From an uncultured virus (IMG/VR IMGVR_UViG_3300009502_000043) (taxonomy: Duplodnaviria > Heunggongvirae > Uroviricota > Caudoviricetes), in IMG/VR virus record IMGVR_UViG_3300009502_000043: a DNA stretch of 64,000 nt; one strand, written 5' to 3'. The notes under the pieces are model-generated. The model did no database searches, was not told the DNA's origin, and worked only from the letters and a program-made list of their open reading frames with translations. Within the stretch, counting starts at the first letter, position 1, and each line of letters begins with the position of its first letter. The translations under genes and the position numbers were made by a program. Shown in pieces: positions 20,022-30,055 of this stretch.

Positions 20022-22085
20022 ATGAAAGCATATTTAAGTCTGGTTTATAATAAAACCAATTATATTGCAAAAATTATTGATCTTGATACAGACATCAATG
20101 ATTATGCAAAAGATCTAATTACAAAATTAACAGCAACTCATGAAGAATTAAATTTTCTTCTTTTGATTCAACATGACAGTTGTTATTATTATAATATGTT
20201 GTCAGGTATTTCAATGCCATGTGAATTGAATAAATTGGAAAACATTGATGTTTCTCCAAATTTTACTCATTATTCAAGAAGTAATACTGCTAAAAGTAAT
20301 ACTTGGAATGATTTTTTAGAAATTGATGTTTTGAACGCTCATCCTGAATTATATCAAATTTTACCAATAAATTCAGAAGAAAAAATTCGTTTGTTTACTG
20401 ATTTTATTATCAAAACATTAAACATTAATTTTCATCCAGATGATGAATTTAGTGATTATCTTGATAATGATCAAAAAATAACAGATATTTCTGGAAGAGA
20501 AATAATTTTTAATTATATCGCATGTGATTTTATGAATCAACAAATTGAAAATTGTTTAACAGTTGGTGGTGATTATATGTATGAATATGGTACAAAAGTA
20601 CTTCAAGAATTTGGTGAACCATTAACATTTGAAGAACTTGTTGGAAAACATATTTCTATAATTCATGAAGGTGAAGAACCAATTAGTGCTCTTATCAATA
20701 GTATTGAATTTAAAGATTTTGATGATAAGAATGGTGGAAATTATGAAATGAATTTTGGTGATGAAGTATCACATGAAACAATTGATATTGATTCGGCATT
20801 ACTTCAAGAATTAATTGATGAAAAATCAATAATTTATAGTGACACAAATATTGGAGATGTTACAATTCAATTAAATGATGCACCTTGGTTAAATGATGGT
20901 GAAGAAGATGCAGATGAAGATGTTGATTATTCTTTTCATGCAATGTTTCCAGAAACAAATCCACTTAATAAAAAAAAAGTTGAGACCGGATTTGATGTAG
21001 AAGTTATAAAATACTTTCCAAATGCAGAAGAATTTGATAAATTGTTTGCTGATAAACTACCAGTTTTCAAAACATTAAATCTTGATGTAGATAGTCATCA
21101 ATATGATGATAATTATGAAATTGTTAAAAGTGTTGCTCAAGAATATTTGACAAAAAAATTCCCAAATGTTAAAGAAAGCAAAGCATCACAATATGATTTC
21201 ATAACAAAAACAGAAGCTGATATTTCAAGAGATTCAGAATGGGAAAATTTAATGACAGCATGTGGTGATTTAGCTAGTGAATTAGTTCAAAAATATTTAC
21301 AATATTTGCAACAGGCAAATTTTACTCTTGATCCTGAAATGATTGAAGAGTTATCAAAATTTGAAGGATCATGGCATTTTTTAAGTTCTTTTTGGGAAAA
21401 ACAATCAAATATATTAAACACAAATTATCCATTAAAACAAAGTTTTGATGAATATACAGTAAAAATAATAAATTGGGTTAATCAAATTACTTCCAATTAT
21501 TTTTATGAAGATAGAGAAGATATATTTGAAATTGAACCAGAAGATAAAAATATTCCAAACTTATTAAATATTCTAAAAGACAGTATGATTAATATTAATA
21601 ATCTTTGGAATCAAAAAGAATCAAGTACAACAACACCAATAGCTGATAAATTTAATGAATGGATGCAAATTCAATATCCATTTGAATTAAGTTTTGATGA
21701 TTTAACACATGATATGACAAAATGGATTGATAATTGTTTAAAATTAATCAGTCAAATAAAAGTAAATTCAAAATCAGTAAATCTTTTAAATTTGGATAGT
21801 GCTTCAAAAGATAAATCAACATTAATAAAAGAAATTAAAGAATTTATTGCTGTTGAATCATATTTTGAAGATGATAATGGTGATGAAGAAGATCAAGATG
21901 AAGATGATGAATTAGAATTTTCAACAAGAGAAAATGGTGATGTTGGTTCAGAAGAACCAGGATATGAAGATATTGTTGAATCAAAAAGACTTCGTAAAGA
22001 ACTTCTACAACATTTTCCAAATTATGTAACAACAAGAACAGATGTTGTTGATGAATGGGTTTATGTGTATGTAAAAATTGAATAA
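20022..22085 (+). CDS. Large acidic multidomain protein
   Basis: 687 aa; NFHPDDEFSDY module and two internal YP...SFD......W repeats. Confidence 0.7.
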   Translation: MKAYLSLVYNKTNYIAKIIDLDTDINDYAKDLITKLTATHEELNFLLLIQHDSCYYYNMLSGISMPCELNKLENIDVSPNFTHYSRSNTAKSNTWNDFLEIDVLNAHPELYQILPINSEEKIRLFTDFIIKTLNINFHPDDEFSDYLDNDQKITDISGREIIFNYIACDFMNQQIENCLTVGGDYMYEYGTKVLQEFGEPLTFEELVGKHISIIHEGEEPISALINSIEFKDFDDKNGGNYEMNFGDEVSHETIDIDSALLQELIDEKSIIYSDTNIGDVTIQLNDAPWLNDGEEDADEDVDYSFHAMFPETNPLNKKKVETGFDVEVIKYFPNAEEFDKLFADKLPVFKTLNLDVDSHQYDDNYEIVKSVAQEYLTKKFPNVKESKASQYDFITKTEADISRDSEWENLMTACGDLASELVQKYLQYLQQANFTLDPEMIEELSKFEGSWHFLSSFWEKQSNILNTNYPLKQSFDEYTVKIINWVNQITSNYFYEDREDIFEIEPEDKNIPNLLNILKDSMININNLWNQKESSTTTPIADKFNEWMQIQYPFELSFDDLTHDMTKWIDNCLKLISQIKVNSKSVNLLNLDSASKDKSTLIKEIKEFIAVESYFEDDNGDEEDQDEDDELEFSTRENGDVGSEEPGYEDIVESKRLRKELLQHFPNYVTTRTDVVDEWVYVYVKIE

Positions 22086-22146
22086 AAATAGTTTAAGTAT
22101 CATCGATAGTAATATGGATCGAAAAGAAAATATTTTTCTTTTCTTT

Positions 22147-22174
22147 CCATATTTCTTTTATATAAAGGATATAA
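22147..22174 (+). promoter_or_regulatory. Putative phage promoter motif, exact
   Basis: CCATATT-N13-GGATATAA; preceded by hairpin GAAAAGAAAA/TTTTCTTTTC (22121-22144). Confidence 0.75.
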
Positions 22175-22219
22175 ATATTTGCAAATAATAATTTTTCCAA
22201 ACACTTTTAATCATTTATA

Positions 22220-24172
22220 ATGGAAGATCAAATTATACAAAATTTTGATGAAAAATATCAAGTTAAATCTGAAATAGATCATGTACTGGATAGACCTGGA
22301 ACTTGGGTTGGTTCTATTCAATCAGAGTTAATTGATTATCTTTTGTTTCAACCTTCTACAAATAAGATAATACCAATAAAGAATGTTTCACATAATTCAG
22401 GTTTATTGAAACTTGTTGATGAAGTTCTTAGTAATGCTGTTGATGAACATCGTAGAAAAGATTCATTATTTAAAGTTACTGAAATTGATGTTCAAGTTTT
22501 CACAAGTGGTAGAATTATAATTAAAGATAATGGTGGTATTCCAGTACAAATTCATAAAGGAACCAAATTAATAATTCCTGAGATGATTTTTGGACATTTC
22601 AGAACATCATCAAATTATGATGATACACAAGAAAGAGATGTTGTTGGTACAAATGGTTTAGGAGCAAAATTAACCAATATATTTTCAAAATATTTTACAG
22701 TTCAAACATGTGATACAAAAAATTCAATATCTGTTGAATGGACAAATAACATGAAAGAATCAAATAAAGATTTGAAAAAATATCCTGGTATTGGATTTTT
22801 AATCAAAAAAGAAGATTCGAAAGATATTAATAATCATGGAACACGTATTGAATTTCAAATTGATTTAGATCGTTTTGATCTTGAACAATTAAATTTATCA
22901 ACAATTCGTATTATTCAAAAACGTTGTATTGATGCTGCAGCAACAAATCCAGGATTAAAAATCAGTTTTTCATCAGATATTGCTGAAGGAAAACTTAATT
23001 CAGAATGGATTTTTGATTCATTCAAAGATTATGTGAAATTATATTTAACTCCAGAACAAACTGAACAAATAAGACAATACAAAAATCGTAAAGACGATAT
23101 TATTTTACTTCCAAGTATTGGATTTAATTTTGGTTTTGTTAATGGTGGTATTTGTTCTGCAGGTACTCACATGAAAAAAATTGAAAAACAAATTGTCGAA
23201 AAAATATTGAAATTTTGTGCTGAAGCAGATATGGAATTAATTACTGAAAAAGATATTACAAATAGAATATCTATTTTTGCAAATACTTCCATTCCTAATC
23301 CATCATACAATTCACAAACAAAAGAAACATTAACAACAAAAATTGATAAGTATCTTTTAAACATATCTGAAGAATTTCTTAATGCTTTAAAAGATTCAGA
23401 AATATTTGAATCACTCAAAGATTACTATACAATCAAATATGCTGAGGAAAAGAAAAAAGAAACAAAGAAGTTAAATGCAACCATAAAAACAACAAAAATT
23501 AAAAAGTTGATTATGTCTGCAAATCCAAAAGCAATAAATTCAGAATTATGGCTTTTCGAAGGTGATTCAGCTGCAAATGGATTCAGAAAACATTCAGATA
23601 AAATGTATCAATCAGCATATCTTTTACGAGGAAAGATCAAAAATACATTTAATCTTAAAAAATCACAAGTACTTGAAAATCAAGAGCTCAGAGAAGTAAT
23701 AGCTGCACTTGGAATTTTATTTGATGAACCAAAGAAAAATTTATTGACTTGTAGATTTGCAAAAATCGTTATAGGTTCAGATATGGATCATGATGGTGAT
23801 CATATCTGTGGTTTATTGATTGCATTTTTTGCGAAACATTTTCCAGAACTTTTCAGAATAAATAAAATTTATAGATCATTAAGTCCTATTGTTGTAGTTT
23901 CCAAAAAAGGTCAGAAAAAAGAATATTTTTATACACTTGAAGATTTTGCCAACGAAGAACATAGATTCAAGACTGGTTGGGAAATAATTTATACAAAAGG
24001 ACTTGGTGGTCTTTGTGACGAAGATTACAGGCAAATGTTACATCAGAAAAAATTAATTCAATTTTCATATGATGAAGCAATGGATTTGGAATCTGTTGTC
24101 ACATGGTTTGCAAAATCAACAGATCAACGTAAAGCTTTAATTCTTGAAGATTCTGGAGAAGGAGATTCATAA
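22220..24172 (+). CDS. Type II DNA topoisomerase ATPase/TOPRIM subunit (T4 gp39+gp60-like)
   Basis: HVLDRP, EVLSNAVD, DNGGIP, GTNGLGAKL, EGDSA, LRGK, DMDHDG, KGLG. Confidence 0.93.
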   Translation: MEDQIIQNFDEKYQVKSEIDHVLDRPGTWVGSIQSELIDYLLFQPSTNKIIPIKNVSHNSGLLKLVDEVLSNAVDEHRRKDSLFKVTEIDVQVFTSGRIIIKDNGGIPVQIHKGTKLIIPEMIFGHFRTSSNYDDTQERDVVGTNGLGAKLTNIFSKYFTVQTCDTKNSISVEWTNNMKESNKDLKKYPGIGFLIKKEDSKDINNHGTRIEFQIDLDRFDLEQLNLSTIRIIQKRCIDAAATNPGLKISFSSDIAEGKLNSEWIFDSFKDYVKLYLTPEQTEQIRQYKNRKDDIILLPSIGFNFGFVNGGICSAGTHMKKIEKQIVEKILKFCAEADMELITEKDITNRISIFANTSIPNPSYNSQTKETLTTKIDKYLLNISEEFLNALKDSEIFESLKDYYTIKYAEEKKKETKKLNATIKTTKIKKLIMSANPKAINSELWLFEGDSAANGFRKHSDKMYQSAYLLRGKIKNTFNLKKSQVLENQELREVIAALGILFDEPKKNLLTCRFAKIVIGSDMDHDGDHICGLLIAFFAKHFPELFRINKIYRSLSPIVVVSKKGQKKEYFYTLEDFANEEHRFKTGWEIIYTKGLGGLCDEDYRQMLHQKKLIQFSYDEAMDLESVVTWFAKSTDQRKALILEDSGEGDS

Positions 24173-24726
24173 TGGAAAATATAATTATTTGTCGAACATG
24201 TAGAAAAGTGTCTACATGTAGAGCAGCATCAACAATGTCGGAATATAAGCATCCTGTTCCATGTGTTCATTTTGATAATGAAGAAATTATCAATGCTTTA
24301 AAAACATATAATTATATTGAATCAGCTAAAGATTGTTTTCAAATTTACAGTACTGGAATTATTAATAAATGTGAAACATATTTGATTAAGATTGAATGTT
24401 TACCAAAAGTTAATGATATTAGAATTGAATCTATTCAATTTGATAAAGAAACAGAAAAATTTGGTTTAAAACCACGTTTTAGTTCTGATAAGTATCAATT
24501 ATTTTCAATAAATTTTTCACCAATATTTTATTCATTATTTCAAACAGGAATAAGATATATTTCATTAGAAACTGAAAAATCCAACTATGGAAGAATGATG
24601 ACAATTATTTCAGATAGTATAAATAGAAATTTTAGTTATGAAGATATTTTTGATGGTTCACAACAACAAATAATACTTGAAGCATTATTAAATAAAAAAT
24701 TTGAAATAAAAACTTATGGAACTTGA
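24172..24726 (+). CDS. hypothetical protein with N-terminal Cys cluster
   Basis: CRTC...C...C. Confidence 0.55.
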   Translation: MENIIICRTCRKVSTCRAASTMSEYKHPVPCVHFDNEEIINALKTYNYIESAKDCFQIYSTGIINKCETYLIKIECLPKVNDIRIESIQFDKETEKFGLKPRFSSDKYQLFSINFSPIFYSLFQTGIRYISLETEKSNYGRMMTIISDSINRNFSYEDIFDGSQQQIILEALLNKKFEIKTYGT

Positions 24727-25036
24727 TATATTCAAAAAAATTAATGAAGGTAAATGTCAAGTAGTTCACTGTAAACGTGAAAAATATGATGTTTATATCG
24801 GAAGACCTTCAAAATGGGGAAATCCATTTTCACACATGCCAAATACAATTGCCAAATATAAAGTAAGAACAAGAAATGAAGCAATTGAAGCTTTTGAAAA
24901 ATGGATTACTGAAGGAGCTGGACAACATTTATTAAAGGATTTGTCTGAATTGAAAGGATTAACACTTGGTTGTTGGTGTAAGCCACAAAGATGTCATGGC
25001 GAAATACTTAAGAAATTAGTCGATAATTTAAAATAA
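24716..25036 (+). CDS. DUF4326-like protein
   Basis: VVHCK..YDVYIGRPSKWGNPF...L.G..LGCWC.P..CHG. Confidence 0.85.
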   Translation: MELDIFKKINEGKCQVVHCKREKYDVYIGRPSKWGNPFSHMPNTIAKYKVRTRNEAIEAFEKWITEGAGQHLLKDLSELKGLTLGCWCKPQRCHGEILKKLVDNLK

Positions 25037-25042
25037 TACATA

Positions 25043-25552
25043 ATGGATGCAACATTCGTAGTTGATAATAAAGTTGAATTTGTATTGGAAATAGATCCAG
25101 TTAGAAAATTATCAGATGATGAAATAATTGATATATTCAAAATTTTTAAAAATCTTGTTGAATCTATTAATGATATTAATCCATCACAAGTTCTTAGAAA
25201 TGTTAAATTTGAAACTGAACTGAAATTTCGTAAAAACGAATATTTTCATATGTTCAAAGAAAAACTTACAAATCAAGATTTAGAACAACTTGACAAAGCT
25301 GAAGGAAAAACATCAACAGCAACAATATCAACACCAACATCATTTGTAAATACAAGTCAAAAACAAGATAAAATACTTGATGATACATTTGTGATGCCAT
25401 TTGGTAAACATAAAACAAAAACAATTAAACAAATAATAGCTGAAGAAGCGTCATATGTTAAATGGTTAATAGAAGCTGAAGTTTTAAGTAATGGAACATT
25501 TGCCGATTATGTACAAGTAGATGTTTATGAAGCTTGTGAACAACAAAAATAA
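25043..25552 (+). CDS. Protein with C-terminal DUF3820/ExoX-C-like domain
   Basis: MPFGKHK...I..I......Y..WL. Confidence 0.6.
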   Translation: MDATFVVDNKVEFVLEIDPVRKLSDDEIIDIFKIFKNLVESINDINPSQVLRNVKFETELKFRKNEYFHMFKEKLTNQDLEQLDKAEGKTSTATISTPTSFVNTSQKQDKILDDTFVMPFGKHKTKTIKQIIAEEASYVKWLIEAEVLSNGTFADYVQVDVYEACEQQK

Positions 25553-25557
25553 TAGTT

Positions 25558-25848
25558 ATGAAAATAAGCAATCAAGAACTATCAGATTTAGAATTTACAT
25601 ATTTTGTTGAATTATGTAAAGATCCAAAATCTTTACAACATTTAATAGAAAAATATAACATAAATGTAAGGGACGAAGTTTACAAATTTTTAGTTGAAAC
25701 AAAAGATATTGTTAAACCAAAATTTGTTGAAACAAAATTCTTTATTGATCCTGAAGATAATTCCGAAGAAATATTTGAAGATATGTATATGTTGATTGAT
25801 CAAATTAATAGCGATCTTAAAGAATTAGAAAATTCAAAAAATTCATAA
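25558..25848 (+). CDS. hypothetical protein
   Basis: 96 aa ORF. Confidence 0.55.
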   Translation: MKISNQELSDLEFTYFVELCKDPKSLQHLIEKYNINVRDEVYKFLVETKDIVKPKFVETKFFIDPEDNSEEIFEDMYMLIDQINSDLKELENSKNS

Positions 25849-25849
25849 A

Positions 25850-26413
25850 ATGGCATTACAATTATATCATGGTTCAAAATACAATTTTGATAAATTTTCA
25901 TTTAAAAATTATGGAAAATCAAATGGTTTAGATGCTGGATTTGGTCTGTACTTTTCAGATTCAAAAATAGATGCTTTAACATATGGTGGAATAGTTTATA
26001 CTTGTATGGTTCAACTTAAAAACAATATTTCAAATGATGTTGTTACTTTTGATAAAAAAATATTAAAAGTTATTTTGGAAAAGCTTATTGAAAAAATTGG
26101 AGTAAAAAAATTAAACCTTAATGTTGATGAAAAACAATTGGATAATATACTTGATAATAAAGTTATTGATCTTTTAAAACTTGAATCAGATACAACTATA
26201 ATATCAAATATAATAGGCGAATTATGCAAAGTTATTGACGGAATTGGAAATATTGTTTTTGGAATATTAGATAAATATGGTTATAATCATACGATTGATC
26301 ATAATTCACCTGATTTTGCATATATAACACATTACATTATTTACAACATTGATCAAATTCAAATCACAAATAAAGAAATTTTGGATGATAAAAATCATTT
26401 CGAAAAAATATAA
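25850..26413 (+). CDS. ADP-ribosyltransferase-like domain protein (ART-PolyVal-type)
   Basis: LYHGS...FDKF...G.GLYFSDS...A..YG...Y, with C-terminal YIIY...QI. Confidence 0.65.
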   Translation: MALQLYHGSKYNFDKFSFKNYGKSNGLDAGFGLYFSDSKIDALTYGGIVYTCMVQLKNNISNDVVTFDKKILKVILEKLIEKIGVKKLNLNVDEKQLDNILDNKVIDLLKLESDTTIISNIIGELCKVIDGIGNIVFGILDKYGYNHTIDHNSPDFAYITHYIIYNIDQIQITNKEILDDKNHFEKI

Positions 26414-26435
26414 TTTTCACTAAATAATTATAATC

Positions 26436-26909
26436 ATGAATATTTTTGTATTGGATTTAAATCCTGAAAAAGCTGCACAATATCATTGTGATAAACATGT
26501 TGTTAAAATGATTTTGGAAACAGCACAAATAATGTCAACAGTTATTCAAAAACAATTTGATACAGAAGATTTTTTGTATAAGTCAACACATCAAAGTCAT
26601 CCTTGTGTTTTATGGGCAGAAAAATCATATGAAAATCTTATGTGGCTTTATAATTTAGGTATTTCATTATGTAATGAATACACTTATCGTTATGACAAAG
26701 TACATAAAACACGAATTATAATTGAACGTTGTTACGATTATATTCAAGATATTTTTTATAATGAAATAGGATTGACAGAATTTTATCAAGCAATGCCTGA
26801 TGAATATAAAAATTCAGATGTTACAATTGCATATCAAAATTATTATTTGGGAGAAAAAAATTCATTCTTGAATTATACAAAACGAGAAAAACCAAATTGG
26901 ATAAAATAA
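26436..26909 (+). CDS. Pyrimidine-dimer DNA glycosylase/endonuclease V-family protein
   Basis: MNIFVLD..P..AAQ.HCDKHVVKMILETAQ, YK.TH..HPC..W, EY..RY.K.H, QAMPD.YK. Confidence 0.85.
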   Translation: MNIFVLDLNPEKAAQYHCDKHVVKMILETAQIMSTVIQKQFDTEDFLYKSTHQSHPCVLWAEKSYENLMWLYNLGISLCNEYTYRYDKVHKTRIIIERCYDYIQDIFYNEIGLTEFYQAMPDEYKNSDVTIAYQNYYLGEKNSFLNYTKREKPNWIK

Positions 26910-26925
26910 ATAAAACATAATAATC

Positions 26926-27462
26926 ATGGAAACAAATAAACAAGAATTATTCGATTCAGTTCAAGAATTAGCAAAAGCTTTTGCTAAATTCAATGAACTT
27001 TATCAAAATGCATCTGAACAAGATCAAACATTTATTACTAATGAATGGCCATTTGTTGAAGGTCTAGAAGTAGAAACTATTGCAAAAGAAGTTAATATTT
27101 GGGCTGAATATCATGATGAATATTTTCATAAGGCAAATGGTATTGAAAAACCAGTATTTTCAGAAGCAGAAAAATCTTGTGAAACTTTCTTTAATATTAA
27201 GAAGCATAAATTAATATATGATTCAAATCCAAATTATAAATCAGTTATTGATGAACAATCATATGCAGTTGGTAGAAAATTATATCTTGAAGTAACAGTT
27301 GTTGATGGTCAAATGTCAACATATTTGAATAGATGGTTATATGGTAATACTGTACCAGATAAACATATTCCATTTGGTTGTGAATTAAATACAATTCATT
27401 TTAATATTCCTGGATCAGATGATTTGAAAAAGAAATTACTTGATTTTTTAAATGAACAATAA
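26926..27462 (+). CDS. hypothetical protein
   Basis: 178 aa; N-terminal module resembles the repeats in ORF 20022. Confidence 0.6.
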   Translation: METNKQELFDSVQELAKAFAKFNELYQNASEQDQTFITNEWPFVEGLEVETIAKEVNIWAEYHDEYFHKANGIEKPVFSEAEKSCETFFNIKKHKLIYDSNPNYKSVIDEQSYAVGRKLYLEVTVVDGQMSTYLNRWLYGNTVPDKHIPFGCELNTIHFNIPGSDDLKKKLLDFLNEQ

Positions 27463-27512
27463 TTTGTAAATAATCAGTTGATAAATACATTAAATTTAAA
27501 AACTTTACAATT

Positions 27513-27836
27513 ATGTCAACACTTAAAACAATTTTCAATCAATTACATATTTTGGATGATATGTATTTGAATCTTAATAAAAATAAATTTGGTTATTTAT
27601 CAGAAATTTTTGAAAAAGAAATGTCAGCCGAAGATACTTTCGAAGAATTTTTGAAAAATTTACTTGATTATTTTGATGATCTTTGTGATGCAAAAATTTT
27701 AGTTTATTCAAAAGAAGATAAAAATAAATTATCAATAGCACTTGGTGATGAATATTCTGATGAATACAAGGCAATTTTTAATGCTTTGAATACTCCGGAA
27801 AACAAACAAAAATTTGAAAACTGGATAAATTCTTAA
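27513..27836 (+). CDS. hypothetical acidic protein
   Basis: 107 aa ORF. Confidence 0.55.
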   Translation: MSTLKTIFNQLHILDDMYLNLNKNKFGYLSEIFEKEMSAEDTFEEFLKNLLDYFDDLCDAKILVYSKEDKNKLSIALGDEYSDEYKAIFNALNTPENKQKFENWINS

Positions 27837-27841
27837 ATATA

Positions 27842-28513
27842 ATGACTGAAAACGAATTTCACAAAAAATGGAATAATAAACTTATCAAGATAGGTTTTAT
27901 TAAACCACGAATATATCCTGAAAAAGGTGCAAATTTTATTTTTCAAGGAATAATTCCAAAAGATGCAAGACTTTGGTTTTTATCAGAAATTAATTATCAA
28001 TATCAACAAAAAATTGTTGTTGATGGTGGTAATAATATTAAAATGACTCTTAATGATCATGATTTTTCAGTATATTTTGAAATTACTGGACAATTAGCTA
28101 CTTCACTTGGACAAGGAAATACTGAAATTTGTGAAAGACAAATAAACAAAAATTTCAAAGAATGTCGTGTAGCTTTATTAAATAAAATGTATAACGATGT
28201 TATTCTGATTGAAGATATTTCAGAAGAAGAAAGTTATAATAAAAGAATTGAAACTTATTCAACAGAACTTATTGGTAAAGAAATTTCATTGACAAGAGAT
28301 GGAGAATTTGAAAATAATTTTTTGATAAAATCACTCGAAATGGATGAGGAAGATTTTATCTGTGTTTATCTTGAAAATGAAGAAGAAACAAACTTTGATG
28401 ATTTTTCAATTTCAGAAGAAGATTTAGAATTATTTATTGAAAATAAAGAAGTTGAATTTCAATATAAGAAGAAAGATGATAAGATTGAAATTTCATTTTA
28501 TGAAGAAGATTAA
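27842..28513 (+). CDS. hypothetical protein
   Basis: 223 aa; acidic C-terminal module resembles part of ORF 20022. Confidence 0.6.
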   Translation: MTENEFHKKWNNKLIKIGFIKPRIYPEKGANFIFQGIIPKDARLWFLSEINYQYQQKIVVDGGNNIKMTLNDHDFSVYFEITGQLATSLGQGNTEICERQINKNFKECRVALLNKMYNDVILIEDISEEESYNKRIETYSTELIGKEISLTRDGEFENNFLIKSLEMDEEDFICVYLENEEETNFDDFSISEEDLELFIENKEVEFQYKKKDDKIEISFYEED

Positions 28514-28542
28514 AACAATATTTTTTTGATAATTATGTCTGT

Positions 28543-28570
28543 CCATATTTTCCTATAAAATAGGATATAA
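28543..28570 (+). promoter_or_regulatory. Putative phage promoter motif, exact; overlapped by inverted repeat 28561-28605
   Basis: CCATATT-N13-GGATATAA. Confidence 0.75.
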
Positions 28571-28642
28571 TTAATAAGATGAAAGTCTTGTTATATTATA
28601 TCCTGTTTTTATTTAATTCGAAATTTTTAAAACAAAAATACA

Positions 28643-30055
28643 ATGGCAGATAATAAATATGCTGAAGATTCTATTGAAATTCATAAACGAAAAGTAAAAT
28701 CTTTCCTTGATACTGAAGTTCTTGGTTTTGCTAAATATGTTATTGAAACACGTGCAATGCCAAATATAATGGATGGTTTACGAGTTGGTGCACGTAAAAT
28801 TTTATTTGCAGCAATAACCGGTGATTTATCAAAAAAGAATTTAATAAAAATGCCTTCATTGATTGGTGATGCAATGAAAATGCATTATAATCATGGTGAT
28901 TCATCATTGTTAAATACAATTGTTCAACTGTGTTCAACACATATTTACAAATATGCTCCGTTAGAAGCTATTGGGCAAATTGGTTCTTTGAGAGTACCAA
29001 AATGTAATACTGCTCCACGTTATTTACATATCAAAACTCGTAAGAGTATGGATTTCTTCAAATTTGATATGGAATTATTAGAACGTTTAACAGATGATGG
29101 TGATTTAGTTGAACCAAAATATTTTTTGCCAATTATTCCAATTGCACTTTTAATTAGAACAAATTCACCTGGCTTTGGATTTTCATTCAGAGCATTTTCA
29201 TATGATTTTGATTCAATTGTTGATAATTGTGTTAAAGCAATAACAACAGGAAGTTGCAATGTTGATTCAGATATAATTCCATTAGTACCATGTGTTGAAG
29301 GTATTAAACCAGAAAATATGATTTATAATGGAAATAAAAATTCCTGGTATAATGTTGGAGAATATCGTATTGACGTTGAAAATGATTCTTTGATAATAAA
29401 TGATTTTCCATATAATATTGCTTTTGACAAATATGAAGAACATTTACAAGAACTTCTTGAAAAGAATTTTATAACTGGATTTTCAAATCTTAGTCAAGAT
29501 TTGAAAATCACCTATATTGTAAAGTTTGCTCGTGGTAGATTAAAAACATTAACACAAGATCAATGGAAGTTTTTTCAAACAATGAAATTGTATTCAAAAA
29601 TTCCAAATAATACATTAAGTTGTATTGATCAAGATGGAAAATCAATTTTATTTTTCGATAATCCTTATGAATTGGTTGATTGTTTCGTACGTAAAAGATT
29701 AGTGTTTTATCAAGAAAGAAAAACAAAAACTGTCTTTTCAACTAAGAAAGAAATTTTATCTTTGGAAAATAAAATCAAATTTATTGAATTAGTTACAAAT
29801 GATATATTAATTATTAATAAGCGACCAATATTAGATATTAAAAAAGAATTGGATAATTATCAATTACCATATGAAGTTTTAAAACTGAATATTGAAAAAT
29901 TAACTCAGGATGAAATTGTTAATATGAAGAACGAAATCATCGAGAAAAAAGTTTATCTTGAATATCTTGAATCAACAACTATTCAGGAAATGTATGTTAG
30001 GGATTTAATTGATTTAAAACTCAAATTTTCAACAATACAAAAACCAATCATTTAA
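28643..30055 (+). CDS. Type II DNA topoisomerase breakage-reunion subunit (T4 gp52/GyrA-like)
   Basis: RAMP..MDGL....RKIL, Y.HGD.S, catalytic APRY, EP.YFLP. Confidence 0.92.
   Translation: MADNKYAEDSIEIHKRKVKSFLDTEVLGFAKYVIETRAMPNIMDGLRVGARKILFAAITGDLSKKNLIKMPSLIGDAMKMHYNHGDSSLLNTIVQLCSTHIYKYAPLEAIGQIGSLRVPKCNTAPRYLHIKTRKSMDFFKFDMELLERLTDDGDLVEPKYFLPIIPIALLIRTNSPGFGFSFRAFSYDFDSIVDNCVKAITTGSCNVDSDIIPLVPCVEGIKPENMIYNGNKNSWYNVGEYRIDVENDSLIINDFPYNIAFDKYEEHLQELLEKNFITGFSNLSQDLKITYIVKFARGRLKTLTQDQWKFFQTMKLYSKIPNNTLSCIDQDGKSILFFDNPYELVDCFVRKRLVFYQERKTKTVFSTKKEILSLENKIKFIELVTNDILIINKRPILDIKKELDNYQLPYEVLKLNIEKLTQDEIVNMKNEIIEKKVYLEYLESTTIQEMYVRDLIDLKLKFSTIQKPII

Noticed and set aside
22220..30055. Topoisomerase subunits separated by ~4.5 kb as a sign of gene disruption or translational bypass
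   Set aside because: Both subunits are complete and each has its own promoter motif; separated topoisomerase genes are normal in T4-like phages.
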